This document shows positions 19,759 to 31,700 of a stretch of DNA of 64,000 nucleotides, one piece after another. The stretch is from an uncultured virus (IMG/VR IMGVR_UViG_3300008266_010073). Lineage: Duplodnaviria; Heunggongvirae; Uroviricota; Caudoviricetes. The position numbers and the translations under genes were made by a program. Numbering within the stretch: the stretch's first letter is position 1; every line of letters starts with the position of its first letter. The notes below the pieces were generated by a model. It was not told the origin of the DNA. It searched no databases and was given only the letters and a program-made list of their open reading frames with translations. Location: IMG/VR virus record IMGVR_UViG_3300008266_010073; one strand, 5' to 3'.

Positions 19759-21423
19759 ATGAGTATTTCAAATTTATTGCAAACTAACGATTTTGTACAA
19801 AGAAATCAAGCAAAAGCGTTATCAGCAAAATGGGAAAAGACCGGACTATTGGAAGGTCTTAAGGGTGAAACCGAAAGAGCAGGTATGGCCCAATTGCTTG
19901 AAAACCAAGCACGTCAATTAGTAAAAGAAGCAACTTCTACAGGGACAACGGCTGGATCAGAAGAATGGGCAGGTGTTGCACTTCCTTTGGTAAGAAGAAT
20001 TTTTGCTGAATTTGCTGCAAAAGAATTCGTTTCAGTTCAGCCAATGAACTTGCCATCAGGACTTATCTTCTATCTAGATTTTAAGTATGGTACAGCTCAG
20101 CCTGGATTTGATGATGATAATAATCTTCGTACAGGTGATCCATTTGGTAATCCTAATGCATTAGATTCCATGTTTGGTGTTACTACTACCGGTTCTGATG
20201 CAGCTGGCGGTCTTTATGGTGCAGGTCGTTTTGGTTATTCAATTAATAACGTAACTGGATCTGTAGGTTTTGCATCATTTACAATTGGAGCTGCTACATC
20301 AGCATCTCTTAATTTTGATAGTGCATTCTTGCCAAGTCAATACGCTTTAGTTACAATGCCTATTCCTACTAATGCTGATTTATATGCAGTTCGTTCATTT
20401 ACATTATTATCAGGTTCTGGAAACACTGAATTGATTCCTGTACAGGCATTTTCTAAAATTGATAGTAACTATACTGCATCGTTTATCGTAACTACTGCAC
20501 AATCTTCTTCATTAGCTACATTAGTTAGTGCATCTGCAAATCCAAAGATCAATTATAGTATTCAACCTACTGACATTACTAGAGGAGATTTTGAAGATAA
20601 AAATCCTTTCAAAGGATCCGGTCAATCTGGTATTAATGTTGGTACAGATATTGATATTCCGGAAATCAATCTTGAAATGCAATCAGAGCCAATCGTTGCT
20701 AAGACTCGTAAGTTGAAAGCAGTATGGACTCCTGAATTTGCTCAAGATCTTAATGCGTACCACTCAATTGATGCTGAAGCTGAATTGACTTCAATGCTTT
20801 CTGAGTATGTATCAATGGAAATTGATCTCGAAATTCTCGATATGTTGATTGCCGCAGCTCCGACAACTGAGTATTGGTCAGCATTAAATAATAATTTCTG
20901 GAACGGATCTGGATTTACACAATCAGGTGCTGGCGCTGCAACCGCGGTTGGTGATGGATATTACAATACACAAGGTGGTTGGTTCCAAACTCTCGGTACT
21001 AAACTGCAAAAAGTATCAAATAAGATTCACCAAAAAACATTGCGTGGTGGTGCTAACTTCCTAGTAACATCTCCTGCGGTTGCAACTATCCTTGAATCAA
21101 TTCCTGGATTTGCTGCTGATACTGATGGAACAAAGATGGAATTTGCAGCAGGTGTACAAAAAATTGGTTCAATTAATAATCGCTACACGGTTTATAAAAA
21201 TCCATACATGTTAGAAAATGTAATCTTAATGGGCTTCAGAGGTTCGCAATTCCTTGAAACAGGTGCTGTATTCTCTCCATATATTCCATTGATTATGACT
21301 CCGCTTGTATATGATCCAGTTAACTTTACTCCACGTAAAGGTGTTATGACACGTTACGCGAAGAAAGTAGTTCGTCCAGAATTCTACGGTAAAGTATACG
21401 TACACGGATTAAACACTCTTTAA
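19759..21423 (+). CDS. Major capsid protein (T4 gp23-like)
   Basis: LLENQ, LPLVRR, VQPMNLPSGLIFYL, AKTRKLKAVWTPEFAQDL, PYIPL, PRKGVMTRY motifs. Confidence 0.97.
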   Translation: MSISNLLQTNDFVQRNQAKALSAKWEKTGLLEGLKGETERAGMAQLLENQARQLVKEATSTGTTAGSEEWAGVALPLVRRIFAEFAAKEFVSVQPMNLPSGLIFYLDFKYGTAQPGFDDDNNLRTGDPFGNPNALDSMFGVTTTGSDAAGGLYGAGRFGYSINNVTGSVGFASFTIGAATSASLNFDSAFLPSQYALVTMPIPTNADLYAVRSFTLLSGSGNTELIPVQAFSKIDSNYTASFIVTTAQSSSLATLVSASANPKINYSIQPTDITRGDFEDKNPFKGSGQSGINVGTDIDIPEINLEMQSEPIVAKTRKLKAVWTPEFAQDLNAYHSIDAEAELTSMLSEYVSMEIDLEILDMLIAAAPTTEYWSALNNNFWNGSGFTQSGAGAATAVGDGYYNTQGGWFQTLGTKLQKVSNKIHQKTLRGGANFLVTSPAVATILESIPGFAADTDGTKMEFAAGVQKIGSINNRYTVYKNPYMLENVILMGFRGSQFLETGAVFSPYIPLIMTPLVYDPVNFTPRKGVMTRYAKKVVRPEFYGKVYVHGLNTL

Positions 21424-21472
21424 TAGTTAATTGAATAAATTGACTTAAAGAATTAAAGAATGATTAAGAAAG

Positions 21473-21499
21473 AGGGGTGGCTTCGGTCATCCCTTTTTT
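21473..21499 (+). terminator. Intrinsic terminator after major capsid gene
   Basis: AGGGGTGGC-TTCG-GTCATCCCT stem with cUUCGg loop and T6. Confidence 0.9.
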
Positions 21500-21530
21500 A
21501 CTGTATGATATTTATATTAAAAGAACTAAT

Positions 21531-21806
21531 ATGGCAGTACCTAGAAACAAATATTCCATGCAAGCAATTATTCGCTATGATGGTCGCCTCGTAGATGTAT
21601 TAGATAGAATTCGCGCAATTCGATTAGTACTAATGGTTCACATTGAACAAGATTTAGGACCTGATAAAGAATTAATCACACTTAAAGTTATGACACCATA
21701 TCCGGCACGTCAAACATTTCAAGCAATTCGAAAAATGTGTTTAGGTAAAATTGAAACACTTAAAGACATGACTCTTCGGGAATCAACACTTACAAAATTA
21801 TTTTAA
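21531..21806 (+). CDS. Small hypothetical late protein
   Basis: ATG 21531 after late motif 21507-21516. Confidence 0.65.
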   Translation: MAVPRNKYSMQAIIRYDGRLVDVLDRIRAIRLVLMVHIEQDLGPDKELITLKVMTPYPARQTFQAIRKMCLGKIETLKDMTLRESTLTKLF

Positions 21807-21825
21807 TTGTTATTTTAAGGTTATT

Positions 21826-22491
21826 ATGGCAACAACGAACAAGGAGAAAACTCCACCAAAAACTGATATTAAATATTCAATAACATTATCAGAAGAACAA
21901 AAACGAGCAAAAGAATTAATATTGCATACTCCATTTAATTTTATATTAGGAAAAGCTGGTTCTGGTAAAACATTGTTAGCAGTTCAAATTGCATTGGATA
22001 TGTTTTTTAAACGCAGAATAAATAAAATTATAATAACTCGTCCTACAGTGTCTAATGAAGATAACGGATTTTTACCTGGTTCATTAGCAGAAAAAATGGA
22101 TCCATGGTTAGTTCCGCTTCGAAGCAATATGCGTAAAGTGTACAATAAACCAGAACTTCTAGATAAAATGGAACGAGAAGAAAATATTGAATTAGTGTCA
22201 TTAGCACATTTTCGAGGACGAACATTTGATAATGCAATTTGTATTGTGGATGAATTTCAAAATTTAACTAAACAACAATTACAAATGGTTTTATCCAGAT
22301 TAGGTAAAGATAGTATAATGATATTAACTGGAGACAGATATCAAATTGATTTGAAATTCGGTAATGATTCAGCAGTTCACGAAGTACCTAAATTAAAACC
22401 ATCTAAATGGGTTAATGAAATTATTTTAACAGATAATCATAGACATGAAGCTTTAGAAGAAATTTTAAACCTTCTAAATGAAAAATATTGA
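21826..22491 (+). CDS. phoH: PhoH-family ATPase
   Basis: GKAGSGKT, ITRP, GFLPG, RGRTF, DEFQN, LTGD..QIDL, HRH motifs. Confidence 0.93.
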   Translation: MATTNKEKTPPKTDIKYSITLSEEQKRAKELILHTPFNFILGKAGSGKTLLAVQIALDMFFKRRINKIIITRPTVSNEDNGFLPGSLAEKMDPWLVPLRSNMRKVYNKPELLDKMEREENIELVSLAHFRGRTFDNAICIVDEFQNLTKQQLQMVLSRLGKDSIMILTGDRYQIDLKFGNDSAVHEVPKLKPSKWVNEIILTDNHRHEALEEILNLLNEKY

Positions 22492-22516
22492 TATTTATAT
22501 ATAAAAGGAAATCATC

Positions 22517-23761
22517 GTGGATTATAGTGCAAATAAACCAATTTGGCCAGGAAGTTCATCATTTACAACAGGTTCTACTCCTTTTGGTTTTTTTGATACA
22601 GATCCAATGTTTCAACAACATGCAGATCGATTTGCAAAGTTTGCAGCACAACATGTTGGATATCCTATCATGGATGTAGAACTTTTAGATATAAATTTTT
22701 ATACGGCATTTGAAGCTGCAGTTTTAGAATATTCTAATCAAATTAATCAAGTTAACATTGTAAATAATTTAATTAATACATTAGGAGTTCAAACTGGTTC
22801 TAGTTATTTAACTGCAAATAATGGATCATTTACTGGCACAAATATTGGACAGTCTTTAGGATATATAACTAAACTATCTAAAGCATATGGTACTGAAGCT
22901 GATTCGGGAGGTGATGTAAGATGGCGTAAAGCTGCAATTAACGTAACACCCGGACAACAAACGTATAGCATTCGAAATGCAGTATCTGCATCATTAGCTG
23001 AAGATGGTATTTCATTATCTAATACAAGTTCTATAGAAATTCGCAGAGTAATGCATACACCACCACCAGCGATTGTAAGATATTTCGATCCATTTGTTGG
23101 TACTGGATTAGGATCTCAACAACTTCTAGACGCATTTAATTTTGGAGGATTTTCTCCTTCTATTAGTTTCATGATGATGCCGATTCATGCAGATTTAATG
23201 AGATTGCAAGCTATTGAATTTAATGATCAGGTTCGTAAGTCACATTACTCATTTGAAATACATGGTGATGATATTAAATTTTGGCCAATTCCAACATCAG
23301 GTACAGGATCATCGGCATCATCAATATTTTATAGCAAAGTATGGATTGAATATTTGTTTGAAGAAGAAAAAAGCAAACAGGCTATTTTATTCGGCAATAC
23401 AGCACTTTTAACGGGGGTTGTAAGTGACGCATCTAATATACCATATACAAATCATAAATACAGTACAATTAATGATATGGGGCGTTCCTGGATATTTAAA
23501 TACGGTGTTGCAACTGTAAAGGAAATGTTAGGTTATGTACGTGGTAAATATTCATCAATTCCAATTCCTAATTCAGAAGTAACACTTAATGGATCGGATC
23601 TAGTATCACAAGGACAAACAGAAAAAGAAGCATTAATAACACAGTTAAGAGAATTTTTGGAAAAATTGACAAAAGAACAAATGTTAACACGTCAAAATTC
23701 TGAAGCAACTCAAATGACCGAAATTCTCGGCAAGGTTCCGTTAAAAATTTATGTTGGATAG
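22517..23761 (+). CDS. Neck/head-completion protein (T4 gp13-like)
   Basis: GYPIMDVEL N-term and RGKYSSIPIP..TLNG C-term pattern; position after capsid; GTG start with AAGGA SD. Confidence 0.7.
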   Translation: MDYSANKPIWPGSSSFTTGSTPFGFFDTDPMFQQHADRFAKFAAQHVGYPIMDVELLDINFYTAFEAAVLEYSNQINQVNIVNNLINTLGVQTGSSYLTANNGSFTGTNIGQSLGYITKLSKAYGTEADSGGDVRWRKAAINVTPGQQTYSIRNAVSASLAEDGISLSNTSSIEIRRVMHTPPPAIVRYFDPFVGTGLGSQQLLDAFNFGGFSPSISFMMMPIHADLMRLQAIEFNDQVRKSHYSFEIHGDDIKFWPIPTSGTGSSASSIFYSKVWIEYLFEEEKSKQAILFGNTALLTGVVSDASNIPYTNHKYSTINDMGRSWIFKYGVATVKEMLGYVRGKYSSIPIPNSEVTLNGSDLVSQGQTEKEALITQLREFLEKLTKEQMLTRQNSEATQMTEILGKVPLKIYVG

Positions 23762-23770
23762 GAGTAAAAT

Positions 23771-24289
23771 ATGGCACTATTTGGGGGAAAACGAGATGCT
23801 AGATTTTTAGCTTCTATTAACGCAGAATTATTAAATGCAATTGTTGATACTGAAATAGAATTTTTCAAATTAATTGTAGAATCAACCAATTCTAATATTT
23901 ACGGTGAATCTGAAACTAAATCATATTATGATTCTATTTTAATTCCATGTTTAATAACTAAAGAAAGCAAGACTGCTAATATGGATGATTACGGTCATAC
24001 ATATACCAGAACAGCTCAATTTAGTATATCTCGAGATATTTTAGAACGTGCAGATTTTTATCCAGAAGTAGGAGATATTATATTTTGGGATAATGAATAC
24101 TATGAACTAGATAATGTAGATGCAAATCAATACTTCGTAGGTAAAAATCCAGATACATGGCCTAACGGATCAGAACATGGTTATAGCGTGTCAGTAATTT
24201 GCGATGCACATGCAACTCGTCAAACACCACAAGCTATTAAAAATTTACGTAGAGGCGGAGACAATAACTTTGCATATAAAGGACAATAA
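23771..24289 (+). CDS. Neck/head-closure protein (T4 gp14-like)
   Basis: NIYGE, PEVGDII..YYE pattern; synteny. Confidence 0.6.
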   Translation: MALFGGKRDARFLASINAELLNAIVDTEIEFFKLIVESTNSNIYGESETKSYYDSILIPCLITKESKTANMDDYGHTYTRTAQFSISRDILERADFYPEVGDIIFWDNEYYELDNVDANQYFVGKNPDTWPNGSEHGYSVSVICDAHATRQTPQAIKNLRRGGDNNFAYKGQ

Positions 24290-24291
24290 CA

Positions 24292-25518
24292 ATGCCTAGA
24301 TTTAACAGAGAAAATATAGATCGTAAAACTAATAAACCGAATCCCGCTGCTACAGAAGGATTAAGTAACGATCTTTTGTTGAATCGTGCATATCAAACTA
24401 GAAGAGATGATGACGTAATACGATCCGCAAAACGTACACTTTATGACATCGATTTTGCTATTAAATGGTATATTGACAATGAAATACGTCCTCAAATTAC
24501 ATCTAATCAACAATTGATAACAGTTCCTGTAATTTTTGCAAATGGAGAAAAATGGGATAATGTACGTCGTTTAGGATATTTACGTGATGAAAAAGGAATG
24601 CTTCAATCACCACTTATCATGTTGAAACGAAATAGTTCAACGGAACGAGATAGTACACGTACATTAGATGTTAATCGACAGATATCTGGAAATCAACATG
24701 TATATAAAAATAAATACAATTCTAGAAATCGATATGAAGACGAATTATTTCCGTTGCCAACTACACAACCACAACCTTCAGAAACTATATATGTTATTGA
24801 TATTCCTAAATACGTAGATATTGAATATGAAATGATGTTGTGGTGCGATTTTACTACACAGATGAATGAATTGTATGATCAAATACTTCCATATGGTAGA
24901 TTTTTGTGGGGAAATGAAGGAAATCGTTTTGAAACGGCTATTGGACAAGCATCATTTGAAACAGTAAATACGGTTGGAGAAGATCGTTTAGTACGAGCCA
25001 CAATTCCATTGACAGTTAAAGGTACATTGCTGTCAGAACAAGAAGCCCGTATTTCAACCCTGAAAAAGATGTATTCTATTAAAAAAATAAGCTTTGATAC
25101 GGTTATAGATTTAGATGGAGATATATTTAGTACGACAACCGTACCAGTAGCATTGCTTCAAGTATCTCAGCAAATATTTAGTGGAGCTACACTACAAGTT
25201 TCAACAGCCGGGGGTGGTACAGGAACAATTGATGCAGCTACAATGATGTATCTTACCAATTTATCGGATAAAATTGCCACATATTTAAACGCAACTACGG
25301 TTACTGTAACAGCAAGTGCAGGATTAAATCCAGTAACAACTGCCGCAGCATCTAAAAATGAATTTAACATATACATTAATGGACAGTATATTGACAAAGT
25401 TGCATATACCTGGACACCTACATTGACAGCCCCACAAACTATTGTATTTGATACAGCAATACTAGGATATACCATAGATTCCACTGATACGATAATTATA
25501 AATGGAAGGTGGGCATAA
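24292..25518 (+). CDS. Tail terminator/sheath stabiliser (gp15-like) with C-terminal beta extension
   Basis: VPVIFANGEKW, PKYVDIEYE; synteny after neck genes. Confidence 0.55.
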   Translation: MPRFNRENIDRKTNKPNPAATEGLSNDLLLNRAYQTRRDDDVIRSAKRTLYDIDFAIKWYIDNEIRPQITSNQQLITVPVIFANGEKWDNVRRLGYLRDEKGMLQSPLIMLKRNSSTERDSTRTLDVNRQISGNQHVYKNKYNSRNRYEDELFPLPTTQPQPSETIYVIDIPKYVDIEYEMMLWCDFTTQMNELYDQILPYGRFLWGNEGNRFETAIGQASFETVNTVGEDRLVRATIPLTVKGTLLSEQEARISTLKKMYSIKKISFDTVIDLDGDIFSTTTVPVALLQVSQQIFSGATLQVSTAGGGTGTIDAATMMYLTNLSDKIATYLNATTVTVTASAGLNPVTTAAASKNEFNIYINGQYIDKVAYTWTPTLTAPQTIVFDTAILGYTIDSTDTIIINGRWA

Positions 25519-28500
25519 TGGCAAGACAGTTTAAACCAGGTCAATTACAAACAGGTTCTTTATATAATATTTCTTCTAGTTTTGCCCTAACTGCCTCTTA
25601 CGCACAAATTGCTGTTACCGCATCATATGCAACTCAAGCATTGAGTTCTAGTTTTGCTACAACGGCAGCAACATCATCTTATTTTGTTGAGACTGATCCT
25701 ATATTTGTAGCAAAATCTGGATCATTTGCAACAACAGGTTCAAACACGTTCATAGGAAATCAAACCATTAATGGTAATATTACGGTTAACGGAACAGCAT
25801 CAGTTTCTTTATTATATACTACATATGAAACATCATCCGTAATATTTACATCCGGTTCAACTAAATTTGGTAATACCTCAGATGATACACATCAATTTAC
25901 CGGATCTTTGTTTGTTAATGATGGTACATATACAATATTAGATACAAATACTAAAATATTAAAAGATCAAAACAATACTAAATCAGTTGACTGGGCTAAT
26001 AGACAGCTATTATATAATGATGGGGTAGCAGATATAGCTACAGTTGATTGGATCGGACATGGTTTAAGTATACCTGATTATGCCGGTTCTTCATACCTTA
26101 TTGTAGATTGGGCATTTAATCAACTTTGGAGAACTCCTGATCCTGGTTCGGGTACACCTTATGTTAAAAGTTTAGATTGGTTTGAAGGTAAAACATATGA
26201 TTTATTCGGAATAGGCGGTGGTGCACCAGCTGTGTCAATCGATTGGACTAATAGACAGTTAATTAGTGTGTATTCATTAGTATCAATCGATTGGAACTCT
26301 GGTATTTTAAAAAATCCTTATTCTGGAACAAATACCGATAGTTTAAATTGGACTAGTAGACAGTTAATAGATACTGATGGAATTAGTATTTCCGCAGATT
26401 GGAATACAAAAGAATTAATTTCAACAGGTAATCGTGTTAGTATTGATTGGGAAAATCGAGAATTAGTAGCTAGTAATGGTTTAGATCACGTATTAAATTG
26501 GAATTCTACAGCATCCGCATGGTTTTCTGGTTCAGTTGCCGGTACTGCTAGTTATGCTAGATCGGCACTAAGTTCATCATATGCAATAACATCATCATAC
26601 GCAACAACGGCATCATATGCTATATCTGCTAGTTATGCATTTAATGCAACTACATCATCCTATGCACTAACTGCATCATATGTTAATCCACTACGACAAG
26701 AAGTACAAATAACCGGGTCAATAAATGCAACTGGTTCAAATACATTTACTGGTACTAATACTTTTGTTGGTACTCAAATTGTAACTGGAAGTTTACTTAC
26801 TACCGGATCTAACACGTTAATAGGTAATACAATCTTATCTGGTAGTTTGCAAGTACAAGGACAATATCCACCTGCTGCTGGATCGGCATCTGTATCCATT
26901 GTTGGTAATGTAGACTTAAATGGATATTTACGTTTTGATCCAGTTAATTCTAATATAAACTCTAATATATCAGCTTCCTATATTTACGTCTCTGGATCAA
27001 CCCAAGATTTATACTTTAGCCAAAATGGGGCAGGTTATAATAATGTAACTCGTTTACGTTGGTTAGAAGGTAATCTATATACAGGTTTATTACATGGTGG
27101 TATAATATCACAAGTAAACTCTACTACATATCAAATATCAAGTGGTAGTGGTATTGTAGTAAATCTTAATAGTTCATTTAACAATGACCCATACCCAGTA
27201 GTAGAGTATTTAAACTGGGAAAATTTAACTAGTAGTATTAGTGCTTTAAGTGGATCATTTGATCAACAATTTGTAGCTATATCTTCATCAGCAGGTACTG
27301 CAGTAATTAAAGCACAAGGAACACCATATATTGATGGTGATTATAACAATTTTATTCCAATTGGTATTGTTCTGCACCAAAATCGTTCTTCAATAAATGG
27401 AGTTCAAACTTTCCCAGGTGTAGCATATGGATGGAAACAAAGATCTTTTGATTTTATTAAAGCATTTGGTCCGTTAAAAATATCTGGATATACGTTATCA
27501 CCAAGTGGATCATCAACCGGAAGTTTATTTTTAGCCGGCGGTGTATCGTTTGTTGACGGCCGAAACTATACAGTAGATCCAAATGCTCCAAGCTATATTA
27601 CAGAAGCAACTGGTATTACTACTTCTAAGATTTTCCGATACTACCAATCAGGATCTAGTTGGGTTTATGATACTAATGGAGGAGTAGGATATCCAGTAAT
27701 CGATCCTTCAAAATATTCACTAAACGGAACCTTAACAACAGTATCTACAAACCATTGGACTATACAAAGAGTGTTTTATTTTCCTAATAGTGCAACAAAG
27801 GCGTTGTTTGTTTACTACGGAAATGATGAGTATGCAAATAAAGAAGATGCACTAGCCGCTATACCAACAGAAGCGTTCTCAGAAGCACCAAATACGGCAG
27901 CAAGCGCTCTCTTTATAGGAGTCATGTTGTTGAGGAAAAATGCTGATTTTACAGTACCTGCATCCTACGAATTTAGGGAAGCTGGATTATTTAGAAGTTC
28001 TGGTAACATTATTGGTGGGGGTGTAGGTAATTCAACTTTAGATGCACTAACGGATGTAACTCTAACTACTCCTACATACGGTGATCTATTAATGTATGAT
28101 AGCACCTATTGGTTTAATACAAAAACATTAAGTGGTAGTTATTCCTTATCAGGATCTCTAAATGCTAGTGAAGGTATAAATGCGCAGAGTTTAACAGCAT
28201 CGTTTGTTAATGCATCTTCCATTACTGGTTCATTATATGGTACAGCATCTTGGGCAACTAATGCTACTACAGCATCATATACTTTAAGCTCTTCATATGC
28301 ATCTCAAGCACTAAGTGCATCTTATGCACCAGATACAACATTCCCATACACAGGATCGGCACAGATTACCGGATCACTAATAATAAATAACTTCTTAAGC
28401 ACAGCAGTATGGGTAACTACAAATGCCGGAGCTACAACAATATACGCACTGCCAACGGCATCATATGATGGAGCTTGGTTTGAGTACTCTGCTAGATCAG

Positions 28501-28697
28501 GAAGTAATGCACGTGCGGGACAAATAACATCTATATGGTCTGGATCACATGTAAACTTTACAGAAACTACAACTACGGATTTTGGAACAACTACAGATTT
28601 AGCATTAGGTGTATTTGTAATTGGGGGAGATATGGCATTAACATCGTCTGCTGCAACATCCGGATGGACAATTAAAACTATAATAAGAAGTTTCTAA
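25518..28697 (+). CDS. Long tail-fibre-like protein
   Basis: ASYA/TGSL repeats, DW repeats; start taken at ATG overlapping the previous stop (TAATG). Confidence 0.7.
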   Translation: MARQFKPGQLQTGSLYNISSSFALTASYAQIAVTASYATQALSSSFATTAATSSYFVETDPIFVAKSGSFATTGSNTFIGNQTINGNITVNGTASVSLLYTTYETSSVIFTSGSTKFGNTSDDTHQFTGSLFVNDGTYTILDTNTKILKDQNNTKSVDWANRQLLYNDGVADIATVDWIGHGLSIPDYAGSSYLIVDWAFNQLWRTPDPGSGTPYVKSLDWFEGKTYDLFGIGGGAPAVSIDWTNRQLISVYSLVSIDWNSGILKNPYSGTNTDSLNWTSRQLIDTDGISISADWNTKELISTGNRVSIDWENRELVASNGLDHVLNWNSTASAWFSGSVAGTASYARSALSSSYAITSSYATTASYAISASYAFNATTSSYALTASYVNPLRQEVQITGSINATGSNTFTGTNTFVGTQIVTGSLLTTGSNTLIGNTILSGSLQVQGQYPPAAGSASVSIVGNVDLNGYLRFDPVNSNINSNISASYIYVSGSTQDLYFSQNGAGYNNVTRLRWLEGNLYTGLLHGGIISQVNSTTYQISSGSGIVVNLNSSFNNDPYPVVEYLNWENLTSSISALSGSFDQQFVAISSSAGTAVIKAQGTPYIDGDYNNFIPIGIVLHQNRSSINGVQTFPGVAYGWKQRSFDFIKAFGPLKISGYTLSPSGSSTGSLFLAGGVSFVDGRNYTVDPNAPSYITEATGITTSKIFRYYQSGSSWVYDTNGGVGYPVIDPSKYSLNGTLTTVSTNHWTIQRVFYFPNSATKALFVYYGNDEYANKEDALAAIPTEAFSEAPNTAASALFIGVMLLRKNADFTVPASYEFREAGLFRSSGNIIGGGVGNSTLDALTDVTLTTPTYGDLLMYDSTYWFNTKTLSGSYSLSGSLNASEGINAQSLTASFVNASSITGSLYGTASWATNATTASYTLSSSYASQALSASYAPDTTFPYTGSAQITGSLIINNFLSTAVWVTTNAGATTIYALPTASYDGAWFEYSARSGSNARAGQITSIWSGSHVNFTETTTTDFGTTTDLALGVFVIGGDMALTSSAATSGWTIKTIIRSF
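25975..26520 (+). repeat. About ten in-frame (S/V)x(D/N)WxxxxL peptide repeats
   Basis: SVDWANRQL, TVDWIGHGL, IVDWAFNQL, SLDWFEGKT, SIDWTNRQL, SIDWNSGIL, SLNWTSRQL, SADWNTKEL, SIDWENREL, VLNWNS. Confidence 0.8.
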
Positions 28698-28738
28698 ATA
28701 TATATTTATTCTAAACCAGGCTTGGATAGGGAAAAGAC

Positions 28739-31700
28739 GTGGCAAATGAATTTCGCATAAAAAACGGTTTCCGTTCTGAAGGAAACTCTGAGGTAACAGG
28801 ATCACTTAACGTAAGTAACGGAGTAACAGGATCTTTTTCTGGATCATTTTTTGGTGATGGATCAGGACTTACAGGTATAACAACGTACGTTGATAATCTA
28901 GTAACAGTAGGTTTACCGGGTAGTGAGACAGATTACTTTTCAATAAAATCTGCAGTTGATAGTATAGTCGATGCAACGGCAACTAATACGTATACGGTGC
29001 AAGTATTTCCTGGTATCTATATAGAAGATACAATAACTGTACCTTCTTATGTTGCCGTAAAAGGAGATAGTTCAATTTCAACCGTAGTATCTGCATCTAA
29101 TCCTAGTGCAAGTATTTTTATAATGAGTGATCAATCAATGATCATTGATATGCAAATACAAGGATCTACAGCCCCGTCAGCTTCTGCTATTATTTATTCA
29201 TCTCCTACAACACCTCAAACAAATGCAATTGCATATGTTGAAAATGTAAGATTTGGTACTAACTATACCAACGCTAAAGTTATTGGTACTGGAAGTAATG
29301 GTAACTGTATATTACAGTGTTCCAATGTCAAATATGGCGGATTTACCGAACTCAATAAATCATTCGACGTAGGATTTCATGTAACAAGAACCGGCAGTGC
29401 TGGTATTGGTAGAATGCAGCTTCGTAATGTAACTTCTACTAACGGAGGTGTAGCAGGATCTGACAATAATCAAATATTTGCTTTATCCGATGCTCCTAAT
29501 TGTGCATTTATTGTTAATGGATGTTTGCTAACAAGAGCAGCAGGATCAGCTCTAGGTACTGGATTTAAAGTATATAATGGAGGTAACCTACGTCTAACGG
29601 GTGTTAACTTTCAACGTTGGGATAAAGGTATTTGGGCACCTCAGACAGGATCTGGTCCATCCATAGATGCAATTGCACTTAACTTTGAAAACTGTACGAC
29701 TGATGTTGCAATTGAACACTCTGGATCTACTGGTAAAGTACAAGGTACGGATAACTTCTTAAAAACACAAATATCACTAAGCTCATCACTTTATGAAGTA
29801 GGACAAGATCCTAGAAGAATTACGGTAGGAACAAAAGGAGCTGACTTTACTAGCATTAGTGCATCTGTTGCATATATCACAGACTCATCAGATACTAATC
29901 GATATGTAATTGAAGTTGGCCCGGGTCGATACACAGAAAAAGAAATTGATCTAACCGGCAAACCGTACGTTAGTATTGTTGGTAGTAGTATTCAAACTAC
30001 TCAAATATTCCCAAGCTCATCTAATCAGCACTTGATTAAGATGGGTATTAATAATGAAGTATCATTTTTAACACTAACAAACGCACCTGCAGGATATTCT
30101 GCTTTATATATAGATGATATTGGAGATTTTGCACAAGCACATAAAGTTTCTTTTTACGATTGCGATATGTGTGTTACAGTTATATCAAGAACGCAAGATA
30201 CTAAATTTTATGGTGAGTATTTAGATTATAATGGAGTTTATAGTACGGGTAGTTTTGTAAGTTCATCAAATGGATATCAAGCATTAGCAAGTTTAGAAAA
30301 TTACTATCAGTTTCCGATAGGAGCCACCGGGTTAATTGCAAATTATGCTGTAGGTGGTGTAGCAGAAATGGATATTTATGCAGCTGGTCTAATTGGTGAA
30401 GGAGATGCAACTTCGGTAGCTATTCAACTTGAAAATGGTGCAGACCTTCAGGGTTTAGGAATGGATATGCCAGGTTGGGGTTCTGCAGTATATATTCCAA
30501 ACTTAGCAAACTCATCAAGCTTCAATATAGTAGGATCCATGATCCACGATTCAGTGAATTATGATTTTGAAATTCTACATCCTAGTGCATCTTGCAGATT
30601 CCAAGGTACTGCTGATCATAGTAAAATAACTAATGCAAGTCAAAACTTCTTTTGGACATTTCTAGATGAAACGGATGGTGAATTAGACATTACAAGAAAA
30701 TTATCAGTAACATTTGCAGATGGTACTCATACAGATGCATCGACACTAATTTTCGAAGGTAGTCCGATGGGGGTAATGTCTGGAGGTAACATAACAATTT
30801 CCGGAAGTTTAACTATTACGACAGCAGCTGGATATGGTTATTTACATAACATGGGTACGGAAGTATTTCAAAGAATTGATTGGGCCGATACCAATCTAAC
30901 CTTATCACCAAATACCGATAACTACATATTCATTGATGAAACTGCAACACTAACAGCTAACGCAATACAACCTCCTAGTGCGCATAACATTATATTAGGC
31001 CGCGTTGTAACAAATGATACAGGAATCGAGTTAGTAGACAATAGTCCATATTTTGCAGCACATATGTCAAATGCATTATCTAAGTTTAATAGAAATGCAT
31101 TAGGTCCGGTATTTGCTCAAGGGTGTATAGTATCGGAAGATATAACGCCTCGTCAACTTGATGTAACAGCTGGTTTGTATTACTTTGGAGAAAACGAATA
31201 TGATCCAACTGGCGGTAGTGCAATTGCATTTACACAATACTACCAATCAGGATCAGGAGCGTTTGGTTGGAATAAATCATCGCAAACACTAGTACCAAAT
31301 AACGTATACAACTCCGGTAGTGCATTGGTTGCAATGTCTGCATCCTACTACACTAAGCATAGTTTGTATACAGTTGGCCGAGGACCGGATGAGGAATATT
31401 TTTTAGTAATCAATCCAAGTCAATATGCAACACTAGTTGAAGCAGAGAATGCCGGTCTACCGGCACCACCAACTTATTTTTCTGATGGCGTAGTTGCATT
31501 AGCTTCTATATACGTACAATCTGGTTCAGCAAACATTACACAAATACAAGATATACGTCCAATTATTGGATTCCGAGCAGCGGGTGTAAATGCATCATCT
31601 GTGCATGGAAACTTGTTAGGATTAAATGCTGATGACCATCAGCAGTATTTGCTTGTCAATGGTACACGTGCAATGTCTGGTAATTTGAATATGGGTGGAT

